Origin: a virus
IMG/VR virus record: IMGVR_UViG_3300030117_007673
Coordinates: 32,001-96,000 of that record
Reading direction: 5' to 3' (one strand)
Length of the DNA: 64,000 bases
Shown: positions 19,285-29,100 of the stretch, piece by piece
Layout of the letters: every line of letters starts with the position of its first letter
How positions within the stretch are numbered: the stretch's first letter is position 1
Notes under the pieces: generated by a model
What the model was told of the DNA's origin: nothing
The model's input: the letters and a program-made list of their open reading frames with translations, nothing else
Database searches by the model: none
Program-made: the position numbers and the translations under genes

Positions 19285-22200
19285 ATGAAGTTCGCCCATC
19301 TTGCGGATACGCATATTCGCAATTTAAAATATCACTATGAATATCGTGCGATATTCGAGCAAATATATAACAAACTACGAGAAGAAGAAGTGGACTATAT
19401 TGTTCATTGCGGAGATCTCGCACACACAAAGACGCAACTGAGTCCTGAATATTTTGAGATGGCATCAAGCTTTCTTAAAAATCTGGCAGACATTGCGCCC
19501 ACCTATATAATCCCCGGAAACCACGATGGAAACCTGCGAAATTCTAATAGACAGGATGCCATCACTCCAATCGTTGAGGCCCTAGAGCACCCAAATCTGT
19601 TCCTTCTGAAGGCATCTGGTGAGGCACAAATAGACGACAAGTTCACTCTTAATGTGCTTTCCGTTTTTGACGAAGAGAACTGGATCGATCCATCTAATGA
19701 AGATAAAATAAATATTGCACTTTACCATGGATCCATTTCCGGAGTCAAAACAGATCTTGGATGGACGATGGAACACGGCGAAAATGACGTGTCAATCTTC
19801 AATAAATTTGACTTTGCTTTTCTTGGAGATATTCACAAGACAAATCAAATATTAGATCGCAAAGGCACAATTCGATATCCTGGAAGTACGATTCAGCAGA
19901 ACCATGGAGAGTCCAATGATAAAGGTTTGTTGATTTGGAATATCCGTGAGCGAGACGATTTCGACGTCAAACATATTTCTTTTATAAACCCAAAGCCATT
20001 TATCACAGTCAATCTTACACCAAAAGGCAGAATCCCAAATAAGACAGAAGTTCCAGAGGGTGCTCGACTTCGTTTGGTTTCTAATAACAATCTTTCATTA
20101 GATGTTCTTAAAAAATCAGTTGACGTTGCAAAAGCTAGATTTAAACCAGAAAGCGTAACGTTCTTGAACAGGGCTTCTGGAGACAGAACAGATATTACAG
20201 ATTCAATTAATAATATATTTCAGGAGAACCTGAGAGACTCTGCTGTACAAAAAAGACTGATCAAGGATTACTTAAAAGATTATAGCCCTACTGATGATGT
20301 GGTAGAGAATGTATTAGAACTTAACAAAAAATATAGCTCCGCTGTAGAGGAAGATGAAGAGGTCGCTAGAAACATTAATTGGCGTCTCAAAAGTGTTGAA
20401 TGGGATAATCTATTCAATTACGGCGAGAGTAATAAAATTGATTTTGAAAAATTAAATGGAGTTGTAGGAATCTTTGGGAAGAATTTTTCTGGCAAATCTA
20501 GCATTATCGATAGCATGCTATATACAGTTTATAATTCTACCTCCAAGAACAACCGAAAGAATTTGCACTTAATCAATCAGACGAAAGACTCCTGTCGAGG
20601 TAAGGTTGAGATTACCGTTGGTCACAATGTTTATGAGGTTGAGAGAATTTCGGAAAAGTATGAGAAAAAGCTTCATGGCAACACAACGGTTGAAGCAAAG
20701 ACGGATGTTGAGTTTTCAAAGCGCGATGAAGTTGTTGGAGAAGATATCAGTCTAAATGGCTTATCAAGGAACGATACCGATAAGAATATCAGAAAGATGT
20801 TCGGCACGATGGATGATTTTTTGCTTACTTCAATGGCCTCTCAGCTTGGCTCTCTTATGTTTATTAGCGAAGGTTCAACAAGAAGAAAAGAAATCCTTGC
20901 CAAGTTTCTTGATCTTGAGATGTTTGAGCGAAAGTTCCGACTAGCAAAAGAAGATGCTTCTGATCTCAGGGGCATGCTTAAAAGACTGGAGGGGACAGAG
21001 TTTGATGAAAAAATCGAAGAAGTGAAAGAACAACTTAATAATATTGAAAATGAAGTTGAGAAACAAGAAAACTCTTGTGATGAAATTACAGACAAGATAG
21101 AGAACTATCAATTACAAGTAGAGGCTATTAATGAAAAGATAAAAGTCATTCCAGTTGAGATAATTGATATAGAAGAGGTGGAAAAATCCTTAGAAGACAA
21201 GGGGAAAGAAAAAGATTTATTAACCGGCAGAAGCAAGAAGTTTTCTGATAATATCAAAAATAATAAAGATCTTCTAGAAAAGATTAAAAAATTCTTGAAT
21301 AATGATTTTGATATTGAAGAGATTAAAAACAACAAATCTATCGTTGTTGATAAGCAAAATCAATTAAATTTAATTTGTAATGATATCAAAGTTCATGAAA
21401 CTAAATTAAAAGTAAAAGAAGGCAAAGCTGCTCTTTTAGAAGAAGTACCTTGTGGTGAAGAGTTTTCGCATTGCAAATTTATTAAAGATGCTTACGGTGC
21501 ATTACGACAACTTGATGAGGTCAAGAAAGAGATAGCGGAGTTAAGAACATCAGAAGAAAAAACATCCGACGAAATTCAAGAACTAAATCCAGAAAAGATT
21601 GAAGAACATATTGAGAAATATGATGAGTTGCTTAAAAAAGAGAATGAGTTAAATTCTGAAATCTCTTCATACGAATTGGAGATTCAAAAAAACAAAACGA
21701 AAATTGTTGGATATAAAAAAGAGATTGAACAATTGAATGAGAAGGTGGTAGAATATAATAAGAACAAGATGGCGATTGAAGATTTGGAAGCCCTAAATTT
21801 TGAGAAAGATAATTTTTTGAGAGCTGTAGTGGAAGAAAAGGAAAACTTGTCGACATGTCAGAACCGTCTTATTGAGCTTTCCAAGGAGCATGGATCGATT
21901 GAACAAGCTCTTAAAAATCTTGAAGATGATAAACAGGAGCTTCACGATCTTCGTGAGGAGTATGCTGCTTTCGATCTCTTTATGAGGTGTATGCACTCAA
22001 ATGGTATTGCTTACGATATCATTAAAAAGCGTCTTCCGATTATTAATTCAGAAATTGCAAAGGTGTTAGCAAATATTGTAGACTTCGAGGTCTTCTTTGA
22101 AGCAGAAGACAAAAAGCTTGAAATATTTATCAAGCACCCAAAATTTGATGCGAGACCGATTGAATTAGGGTCTGGTTCAGAAAAGACAATTGCTGCCATG

Positions 22201-22440
22201 GCTATTCGCTTGGCGTTATTGAACGTTTCTAGCCTTCCAAAACCAGATCTTTTTATTCTTGACGAACCAGCAACCGCGCTGGACGAAGAGAATATGGAAG
22301 GCTTTATCAGAATTTTGGATATGGTTAAATCATATTTCAAAACCGTTCTTCTAATCTCTCATCTGGATACATTAAAGGATTGTGCAGATATGACGATTGA
22401 GATTGAGAAGAAAGACAACTATGCTTATGTTAATTATTAA
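19285..22440 (+). CDS. Fused SbcD/Mre11 (gp47-like) nuclease and SbcC/Rad50 (gp46-like) ATPase
   Basis: ADTH, CGDL, PGNHD, HG, GDIH phosphoesterase motifs; Walker A GKNFSGKSS; long coiled coil; GSGSEK signature; FILDEP Walker B; ISH. Confidence 0.92.
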   Translation: MKFAHLADTHIRNLKYHYEYRAIFEQIYNKLREEEVDYIVHCGDLAHTKTQLSPEYFEMASSFLKNLADIAPTYIIPGNHDGNLRNSNRQDAITPIVEALEHPNLFLLKASGEAQIDDKFTLNVLSVFDEENWIDPSNEDKINIALYHGSISGVKTDLGWTMEHGENDVSIFNKFDFAFLGDIHKTNQILDRKGTIRYPGSTIQQNHGESNDKGLLIWNIRERDDFDVKHISFINPKPFITVNLTPKGRIPNKTEVPEGARLRLVSNNNLSLDVLKKSVDVAKARFKPESVTFLNRASGDRTDITDSINNIFQENLRDSAVQKRLIKDYLKDYSPTDDVVENVLELNKKYSSAVEEDEEVARNINWRLKSVEWDNLFNYGESNKIDFEKLNGVVGIFGKNFSGKSSIIDSMLYTVYNSTSKNNRKNLHLINQTKDSCRGKVEITVGHNVYEVERISEKYEKKLHGNTTVEAKTDVEFSKRDEVVGEDISLNGLSRNDTDKNIRKMFGTMDDFLLTSMASQLGSLMFISEGSTRRKEILAKFLDLEMFERKFRLAKEDASDLRGMLKRLEGTEFDEKIEEVKEQLNNIENEVEKQENSCDEITDKIENYQLQVEAINEKIKVIPVEIIDIEEVEKSLEDKGKEKDLLTGRSKKFSDNIKNNKDLLEKIKKFLNNDFDIEEIKNNKSIVVDKQNQLNLICNDIKVHETKLKVKEGKAALLEEVPCGEEFSHCKFIKDAYGALRQLDEVKKEIAELRTSEEKTSDEIQELNPEKIEEHIEKYDELLKKENELNSEISSYELEIQKNKTKIVGYKKEIEQLNEKVVEYNKNKMAIEDLEALNFEKDNFLRAVVEEKENLSTCQNRLIELSKEHGSIEQALKNLEDDKQELHDLREEYAAFDLFMRCMHSNGIAYDIIKKRLPIINSEIAKVLANIVDFEVFFEAEDKKLEIFIKHPKFDARPIELGSGSEKTIAAMAIRLALLNVSSLPKPDLFILDEPATALDEENMEGFIRILDMVKSYFKTVLLISHLDTLKDCADMTIEIEKKDNYAYVNY

Positions 22441-22455
22441 GGAGGAAAACATATA

Positions 22456-22656
22456 ATGCAAACAGCTGAAGAATTTGTTAATAATGGCGTGAATGAACTT
22501 TTACAAAAAGTATCCAAATTGGAAAGGATTGCCGAGTTAGCGTCACAATATAAAGAGATACACTCTGACAAATTTGCTTCGTACAATGAGAAAGAATATG
22601 CTCTTGAGAAGCTTGGCGAAAGCCTAGAGGAATATGAGTTGTTTTTAAGTAAATAA
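22456..22656 (+). CDS. Small hypothetical protein
   Basis: 66-aa ORF with strong SD AAGGAGG. Confidence 0.6.
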   Translation: MQTAEEFVNNGVNELLQKVSKLERIAELASQYKEIHSDKFASYNEKEYALEKLGESLEEYELFLSK

Positions 22657-22686
22657 GACTAAGTATAATATTAAAGGAGAATTATT

Positions 22687-22890
22687 ATGGCTAGAATAAA
22701 AGCTTTTATGGATAAGCACGTTGAGAGATTTATAAGTAGGAAATTTTTGGCATGGCTAACAGCAACTGGGCTCGCTATTCATGGTTCCGTTACCAGCGAC
22801 AACTGGGTCGCTGTAACCTTGGCTTATATCGGAACTCAAGCATTGGTTGATATGGCGACAGCCTGGAAACATGGATTTAAAGATCAATGA
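22687..22890 (+). CDS. Putative holin
   Basis: 67 aa, SRKFL followed by two hydrophobic segments; SD AAGGAGA. Confidence 0.5.
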   Translation: MARIKAFMDKHVERFISRKFLAWLTATGLAIHGSVTSDNWVAVTLAYIGTQALVDMATAWKHGFKDQ

Positions 22891-23291
22891 GTTGGTTAGC
22901 CTTTAAACTCTTTGTTCAAAAGAGTTGGCTTTGGTTAAAAACTTATTGGTATTTTCCAGTAGCTATCGTCTATGCTCTTGTTATATGGCTTGTTTTTAGA
23001 AAAGACACTAGCGCTGCTTTAGGGGCACTGGATATAAAAAGCGATAGTTTTAAAAAACAAATCGACGTTCTTAATAAAGTTCATGAGGAAGAAATAAAAG
23101 AAAAAGAAAATTTAAATAAAGTTTTTAATGAAACAATTGAGAAAGTTGAGGTAGAATTAAAAAAGAAGAATGAAGCTCTTGACAAAGGCAAGAAGAAAAG
23201 AGTTAAAGAAATTGTCAAAAATCATTCTAACAATCCAGAAGAATTGGCAAGATTAGTTAAGGAATCGTTTGGTTTTGAAATTGTGGAATAA
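22887..23291 (+). CDS. N-terminal transmembrane + coiled-coil protein (i-spanin-like)
   Basis: YWYFPVAIVYALVIWLVF TM then Lys/Glu coiled coil; follows the putative holin. Confidence 0.45.
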   Translation: MSWLAFKLFVQKSWLWLKTYWYFPVAIVYALVIWLVFRKDTSAALGALDIKSDSFKKQIDVLNKVHEEEIKEKENLNKVFNETIEKVEVELKKKNEALDKGKKKRVKEIVKNHSNNPEELARLVKESFGFEIVE

Positions 23292-23730
23292 AATAATAAT
23301 AATTGTTTTGGTTGTTATATTTCCTGTGTTGACGTTTGCAAGCGACACGCCAAAGATTAAGCCAATGAACGAAGGAGAGATCGCTCCTTTTACAGGAGTT
23401 CTTTTTAATTCCGCTGCAATCGCTCAGACTGTTGCTGAGAAAGAATACAATGCTGAGCAATGCAGACTAAGAATTGAACATCTGGAACAGAAAGAAAAAG
23501 CAAAGTGCGATCTTTTAATTGCGACAACAAAGGTGGAAATTGATTTTTTAAAAAAGAAGTATGATTCAATTTTAAAAATTAAAGATGAAGAAGTCGAAAG
23601 ATTTCAAAAACTTGCTTTAGAAAAACCGAATAAAAATTCTCACTGGTGGTTTGCTGGCGGAATGGTCACTGGCATTGTTACTTCAGTTGTGATTTTTTAT
23701 GCAGCGGTAGAAATAGGAGACAAGAACTAA
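23269..23730 (+). CDS. Exported coiled-coil protein with C-terminal membrane segment (spanin-like)
   Basis: Signal-peptide-like IIIIVLVVIFPVLTFA, coiled coil with 2 Cys, C-terminal WWFAGGMVTGIVTSVVIFYAAV. Confidence 0.45.
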   Translation: MVLKLWNKIIIIVLVVIFPVLTFASDTPKIKPMNEGEIAPFTGVLFNSAAIAQTVAEKEYNAEQCRLRIEHLEQKEKAKCDLLIATTKVEIDFLKKKYDSILKIKDEEVERFQKLALEKPNKNSHWWFAGGMVTGIVTSVVIFYAAVEIGDKN

Positions 23731-23915
23731 TGTGCTTAATATGTGTTGAATATAATAAAAAAAAATTGACTTTGAGCGAAGCTTGGAAAAATCTTCACGA
23801 GATGAGAGAACAAATTGGCGAAGAACATGCTTGGGAAGTCATTGATAAACTCTGGGAAGAAGAGCTAAAAAATGAAAAAGAAAGAGAAAGATCCAAATTT
23901 AATAGCAAAGTTTGA
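23730..23915 (+). CDS. Small hypothetical protein (MCLIC...)
   Basis: Likely true start ATG at 23730 (TAATG overlap, SD AGGAGA); CxxC at the N-terminus. Confidence 0.55.
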   Translation: MCLICVEYNKKKLTLSEAWKNLHEMREQIGEEHAWEVIDKLWEEELKNEKERERSKFNSKV

Positions 23916-24267
23916 ACTTGCTATTGAAAAGCAGTATGGTAAAGAAGCAATTGTACACCCGAGAAGCAATTGGGACGATGCCAAGGAGCAATCTTATTTG
24001 GAACAAGCGGAAGAAGTTTCTAAAAAAAATAGGATAAAAAAAGAGAAAACTGAAAAGATTGAAAAAGACGGGTTTTTGATCAGCAAGAAACTACTTACAA
24101 AGAGGAGTAGTAGGACTTGTCCAGTTTGCGAAACGTATTCTTTCGATATTAAAGACGATGTTTATATGAACAAGTACGACTGTTGTTACAGGTGTTACAT
24201 TCAGTACGTTGAAGATAGAGAAGAGCGTTGGGAAACCGGATGGAGACCAAATCAAGGAGAAGAATAA
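23872..24267 (+). CDS. Zinc-finger hypothetical protein
   Basis: CPVC...CCYRC. Confidence 0.6.
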   Translation: MKKKEKDPNLIAKFELAIEKQYGKEAIVHPRSNWDDAKEQSYLEQAEEVSKKNRIKKEKTEKIEKDGFLISKKLLTKRSSRTCPVCETYSFDIKDDVYMNKYDCCYRCYIQYVEDREERWETGWRPNQGEE

Positions 24268-24843
24268 ATGGCTACTGTGTTAGATGTTATAAGAGGAATT
24301 TCACAAGCTGCTGCAAACGCTTATGATGGTTCACATGATGAGCGTTATATGGCAGACGGCGAGGCAAAAAAAGCCGGCCTTCGAAGAGAAGAAGGTGATT
24401 CTGTTTTAGAAAGCAGAGAGATTGATGGGTTTAATGTTCGTTTCACAGGAAACAAGATAAATATTTTATATCACGCTGAAATTAAACTTAAAGAGACCCA
24501 TGATAGAAACAAATTTGAAAGCACGATTGCAGCTAGTATCAATGACATAGCCAATTATTTGAAAAGAGAATATAAAAAAGTCACTGGCGACAATCTCACT
24601 CTCACAAAAGAAGGCGAACCGGATATTTTAGTTCAGCACATCAGTAACATTAGAAGTAATTGCCAAGCATCATGTACGTACAAAGTCGGCAATCTAGATG
24701 GTGTTTTACCTGTCGAAGAAGGTTCTTCTGCAAAAGAAAAGTTAGACCAAGTTACAAAAGACTGGCTTGCATACAATAAGAATTTCGAAATTGGCAAAGG
24801 TAAGAATCACGCCAGAAACGTAACCAGGAAAAAAGAACAGTAA
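24268..24843 (+). CDS. Hypothetical protein
   Basis: 191-aa ORF with SD AAGGAGA. Confidence 0.6.
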   Translation: MATVLDVIRGISQAAANAYDGSHDERYMADGEAKKAGLRREEGDSVLESREIDGFNVRFTGNKINILYHAEIKLKETHDRNKFESTIAASINDIANYLKREYKKVTGDNLTLTKEGEPDILVQHISNIRSNCQASCTYKVGNLDGVLPVEEGSSAKEKLDQVTKDWLAYNKNFEIGKGKNHARNVTRKKEQ

Positions 24844-24852
24844 GAGGTAATA

Positions 24853-26106
24853 TTGAAAGACTATAAAGAGCTTGCAAATTTAAAACATATAAAACAAGTA
24901 GAGAGTAGGTTTACAAACAAGAAATTAGCGGCATTTATATCTCCCGCTGGAGGAGGTGGTTCTCACTTTGTTTTGCACAAGATGCAAGGTCATCCACATT
25001 TAATGGCACTAGTGGAAGATGCTTTTGCTATTAAGGCTCCAGAAGGCGGAGTAACTACAGCTGAATTTAAACAGTATTTTACAAGTAATTTTTTTCCTGG
25101 GCGCTTGCTTAGGCAGCAACTTGAACCCAGAAAAAACGACGTAGAGATTAATAATGTCAAATGGTTGATAATGAATAAGCCAGAACTTGGTCGTATAGCT
25201 TATCATAGAAATTTTCATTATAACGATATTTCTTTAATCTATTGTTTTAGAAATCCAATATCTTTTTATTACTCATGGTTAGAAGGCTGGAAAAGTTATG
25301 GCAGCGGAAAATATGGCATCACACCAGATGAAAAAATGATACAACATTGGTTTGAAAGAACTATAATGAGTTCGTTGTACGAGTTTGCACAATTTTATGA
25401 TCCAGATAAAGATCATATTGTTAACTTAGAACAATTTTCATCCAATATCGACGGAAGCTTAGAAAGTCTTTTCAATTTCCTAAAAGTTCCAGCCCTTAAG
25501 AATGACGACTTAGCAACCGTCAACACTTGCAGAAACGAAATAGCAAGAGAAATTCAAGGTTTGGATAATACTAATAGTAATAAATTCTCACGAGACAAAA
25601 TTACTGCAAATTTTGATAAAGGCACGCTTAAGTTGAGTTATAATCTTGATCGCTCAACAACAAAGCCAGGTACTCATGAAATCTTATTTAGCTCCTTTGT
25701 GGGTTCTTGGCAATTGCCACCACGAGTGCAATCTGATGATATCGATATGGGGGTAGAGTGTGATACCCTTTACGCAAAAACATGCAACAACCACCCACTT
25801 ACGAAAAAAATGCACACGATCCAAGCAGATAGAAAAAACAGAACAGAAGAAGTGCTGTATTGTGAAAAATGTGAAACCCCGCATCTTGGCCCAGGGCATT
25901 ACAATTATATAAGAAAAGAAGACAGCAGTTTTTTCAACAATTGGAAGAACAAGGAAGACTCAAAACAAATCTATAAAAGGTTTAGTGAGAAGATAGATCC
26001 AGGTATCATGAATTATTTTGCAGAAGAATTATATTTATCAGACAAAGATGGAACTGAGTTTACAAAAAGAATGAAAAATTGTCTGACTAGGTTATATAAT
26101 TTCTAA
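24853..26106 (+). CDS. Sulfotransferase-fold protein (degenerate PSB loop)
   Basis: ISPAGGGGSHFVLHKMQGHP (5'-PSB-like), FRNPISFYYSW (3'-PB R-x-P-x5-S), VNLEQF...LFNFLKV (YEDL...FLG-like). Confidence 0.55.
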   Translation: MKDYKELANLKHIKQVESRFTNKKLAAFISPAGGGGSHFVLHKMQGHPHLMALVEDAFAIKAPEGGVTTAEFKQYFTSNFFPGRLLRQQLEPRKNDVEINNVKWLIMNKPELGRIAYHRNFHYNDISLIYCFRNPISFYYSWLEGWKSYGSGKYGITPDEKMIQHWFERTIMSSLYEFAQFYDPDKDHIVNLEQFSSNIDGSLESLFNFLKVPALKNDDLATVNTCRNEIAREIQGLDNTNSNKFSRDKITANFDKGTLKLSYNLDRSTTKPGTHEILFSSFVGSWQLPPRVQSDDIDMGVECDTLYAKTCNNHPLTKKMHTIQADRKNRTEEVLYCEKCETPHLGPGHYNYIRKEDSSFFNNWKNKEDSKQIYKRFSEKIDPGIMNYFAEELYLSDKDGTEFTKRMKNCLTRLYNF

Positions 26107-26136
26107 CAACAAATATGGCTATGAAATAATCTAAGA

Positions 26137-26144
26137 ACTATTTA
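26137..26144 (+). promoter_or_regulatory. Putative late-promoter motif ACTATTTA
   Basis: Intergenic, upstream of tail fibre 1. Confidence 0.6.
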
Positions 26145-26176
26145 TAATAGAAATCTTTTATCTGGAGAAATAGTTT

Positions 26177-29100
26177 ATGCCAAGTTATGCTTTTATTGGA
26201 GTTGGGGAACTAACAGGTAGTTGGAATCCAGCTACGAACAGCGGTTCTCTCAATAGCGGATTACCCCTCGAGAGTTCTGGCGGTCTAGGCGATAATATTT
26301 TTGCACATAGCGCTTCCGCTCCAAGAGGAACAGGCGGATATCATTATAGTACAAATCTTACTGCGGCAGTAGGCGATTACTGGGAAGTAGCCAACACTGC
26401 GGACTTCACACTTGACGAAAATAGATCTTTTTCAAGTTTAGATTGGGTTATTTATGACGGAGAGAAATGGATAAGAGTAAGTAATTCAGACAAAGTTGGA
26501 AGTGTATTAGTAGGAAACACAGGCAATCAATTAGAAGTAGTAACAAACGATTTGGACATTGAAGGTGGCCTAGATGTTAACACCAACAATGGAAATAATG
26601 ATTTCACTGTTAGTGCAGAAGGCGTAGAAAAGGCTCTTTGGGTCGACGCCAGTGCCAACTATGTCATAATGGGCACGGGATCAACAAACGTAGGCATTGG
26701 AACTGCGACCCCAAGTTCTGAATTACATGTAGTAGTCCCAACCGCTTCACCAGGACACGGTACAAACGCTGTAGTTATTGGAGAGGGGAACGACAATGGT
26801 CACTTTGAACTTAGGTTGGGTACCGGTCGAGCGGGTGGCAACTACGGTTGGATTTCTGCTATAAACAGGGGCACTGGAGTTCTTCCACTGGTCCTTAACG
26901 GAACTGGCGGTGAAGTAGGAATCGGCGTTTATCCTCCCACTGAAAAGCTCCACGTAGATGGAAACATTCTTCAAACTACCGGAGATTATCTTGCCACTGA
27001 CAAAGTAAGAGCCATCGATGGTGATGGTTTATCTTTACAGGATGATGGAGGCAATGATGGACTCTTTATTGAAGACGGCGGTAATGTTGGAATAGGCCAT
27101 GCTGCGCCAGATTCTCAGTTGCACGTAAAAGTTACAGCCGCTACACCAGGGCACAGTACGAATGCTGTGCTCATTGGGGAAGGCACGTCATCTGGAGATA
27201 TGGAAATTAGGTTGGGTGTTAACGATAGCAGCGGTGGTGCAGGTTGGATTTCTGCTATAAACAGAGGTACGGGAGTTATTCCGTTGATTCTACAGGGAAG
27301 TGGCGGCGCAGTCGGCATTGGGGCCTCTCCAAACGCACTTCTTGATATTCAAGGCGAATCTAACACTGGTTCGCCATCATTGATTGTTGATCATGACGAC
27401 ACGGATCAAATTGCAATTTCTGTTGCCGCTGCCAATGTTGACGCAGATGTGCTTGATATCACGGCAGACGCAGTAACAACAGCTAATGTAATTGACATAA
27501 CAGCTGATGGTCTAACTTCCGGAGCCGCGATAAACATCACAAGCACTAGCACAAGCACAACCGCTGGTTCTGTGGTCAAAATTGCAGCGACCGGAAATCG
27601 CGGAAGCGATAGTAACGCTGTTGTTGGTTTAGACCTTGATTTTGATTCTACGGCAGGAACTGCAACCAGAGCATTTAGAATTGACTCTGAACAGACAACT
27701 GGCGTTGTTGCTGAAATTAACGGCGATGCACTGACAACTGGAACTGGAATTGACCTTTCAACTGATGCGAGAACAACTGGAACTGCATTAAATATTTCAG
27801 ACTCTGCAACTAATGACAACGCCGGCAGCTTAGTTAAAATAGCTCAAGCAGGCTCTAGAGCAGGCTCTGCCGCAAGTATTGGTTTAGATATAGACTTTAA
27901 TACAGCAGCAAATGACAACGCAAGAGCATTTAGAATTGACTCTGAACAAACAACAGGCATAGTTTTTGAACTTGATGCCGATCAAATAACAACTGGGTAT
28001 GGCCAAGCTCTAACAGTCGATGCTTTGACAACTGGACAAGGACTTTATGTTCAGAGTGTAAGTGCTAACTTAGACGGAGCAAAGCTTGGCACTTTTATGG
28101 TTAACAGTACTAGTACAGATGATCATACTATTCTTCATATCTCAAAGGTTACTTCAAATCTTTCTGACTCAAATGCAATAGTTGGCTTGGACATTGATTT
28201 TAATGGAACTGCCGGCACAGCAGGTAGAGCATTTAGAATTGATTCCGAACAAACAACTGGCAAGGTCTTTGAACTTGACGCAGGCGCAGTAACAACTGGA
28301 AGAGCACTAGAGATCAGTAACACTGCTCTAACAACTGGATATGGCCTTTATTGTTATAGCACAAGCAATGCTTTAAATGGAGCAAAGATTGCTGAATTTG
28401 TAGCCACTGGCACCAGTACAGATGATTATACTGTTCTCAATGTCTTAAAAAATGCTTCAAACCTTTCTGACTCAAATGAAATCATTGGCTTAAACATTGA
28501 CTTTAATGGAACTGCCGGCACAGCAGGCAGAGCTTTAAAGATTGATTCCGAGCAAACAACTGGCAAGGTCTTTGAACTTGACGCGGAAGACATAACAACT
28601 GGTACAGCTTTAGAGATTAATAACGCTGAGTTAACAACCGGATATGGTCTTTATTGTTATAGCACAAGCAATAATTTGAATGGAGCAAAGCTTGCTGAAT
28701 TTGTAGCCACTGGCAATAGTACAGATGACTATACCGTTCTTAGCGTCGTAAAAAATGCTTCAAATCTTTCTGACTCAAATGCAATAGTTGGCCTGGATAT
28801 CGACTTTAACGGAACTGCCGGGACGGCAGGAAGAGCACTTAGAATCGATTCCGAACAAACAACCGGCATCGTTGCCGAGATTAATGGTGATGCCATTACG
28901 ACTGGCAAGGTCATTGACATTTCGGCTGACGCTCTTACAACCGGAAACGCCTTATATATTGATGATAACTCATCAAACACAGGAACAAGATCTACAGTCA
29001 GCATTATTCAAAATCACGCTTCAGCAACAGGAGCAACTGCGTTAACGTTGCAGTCAGATGGTGGAAACATCGGCATGACACTTGATAAAAACGCATCTGG

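Noticed and set aside
23646-23729. N-terminal extension of the 23646..23915 ORF
   Set aside because: Overlaps the upstream gene; the ATG at 23730 has an SD and a TAATG coupling, so it is the more plausible start
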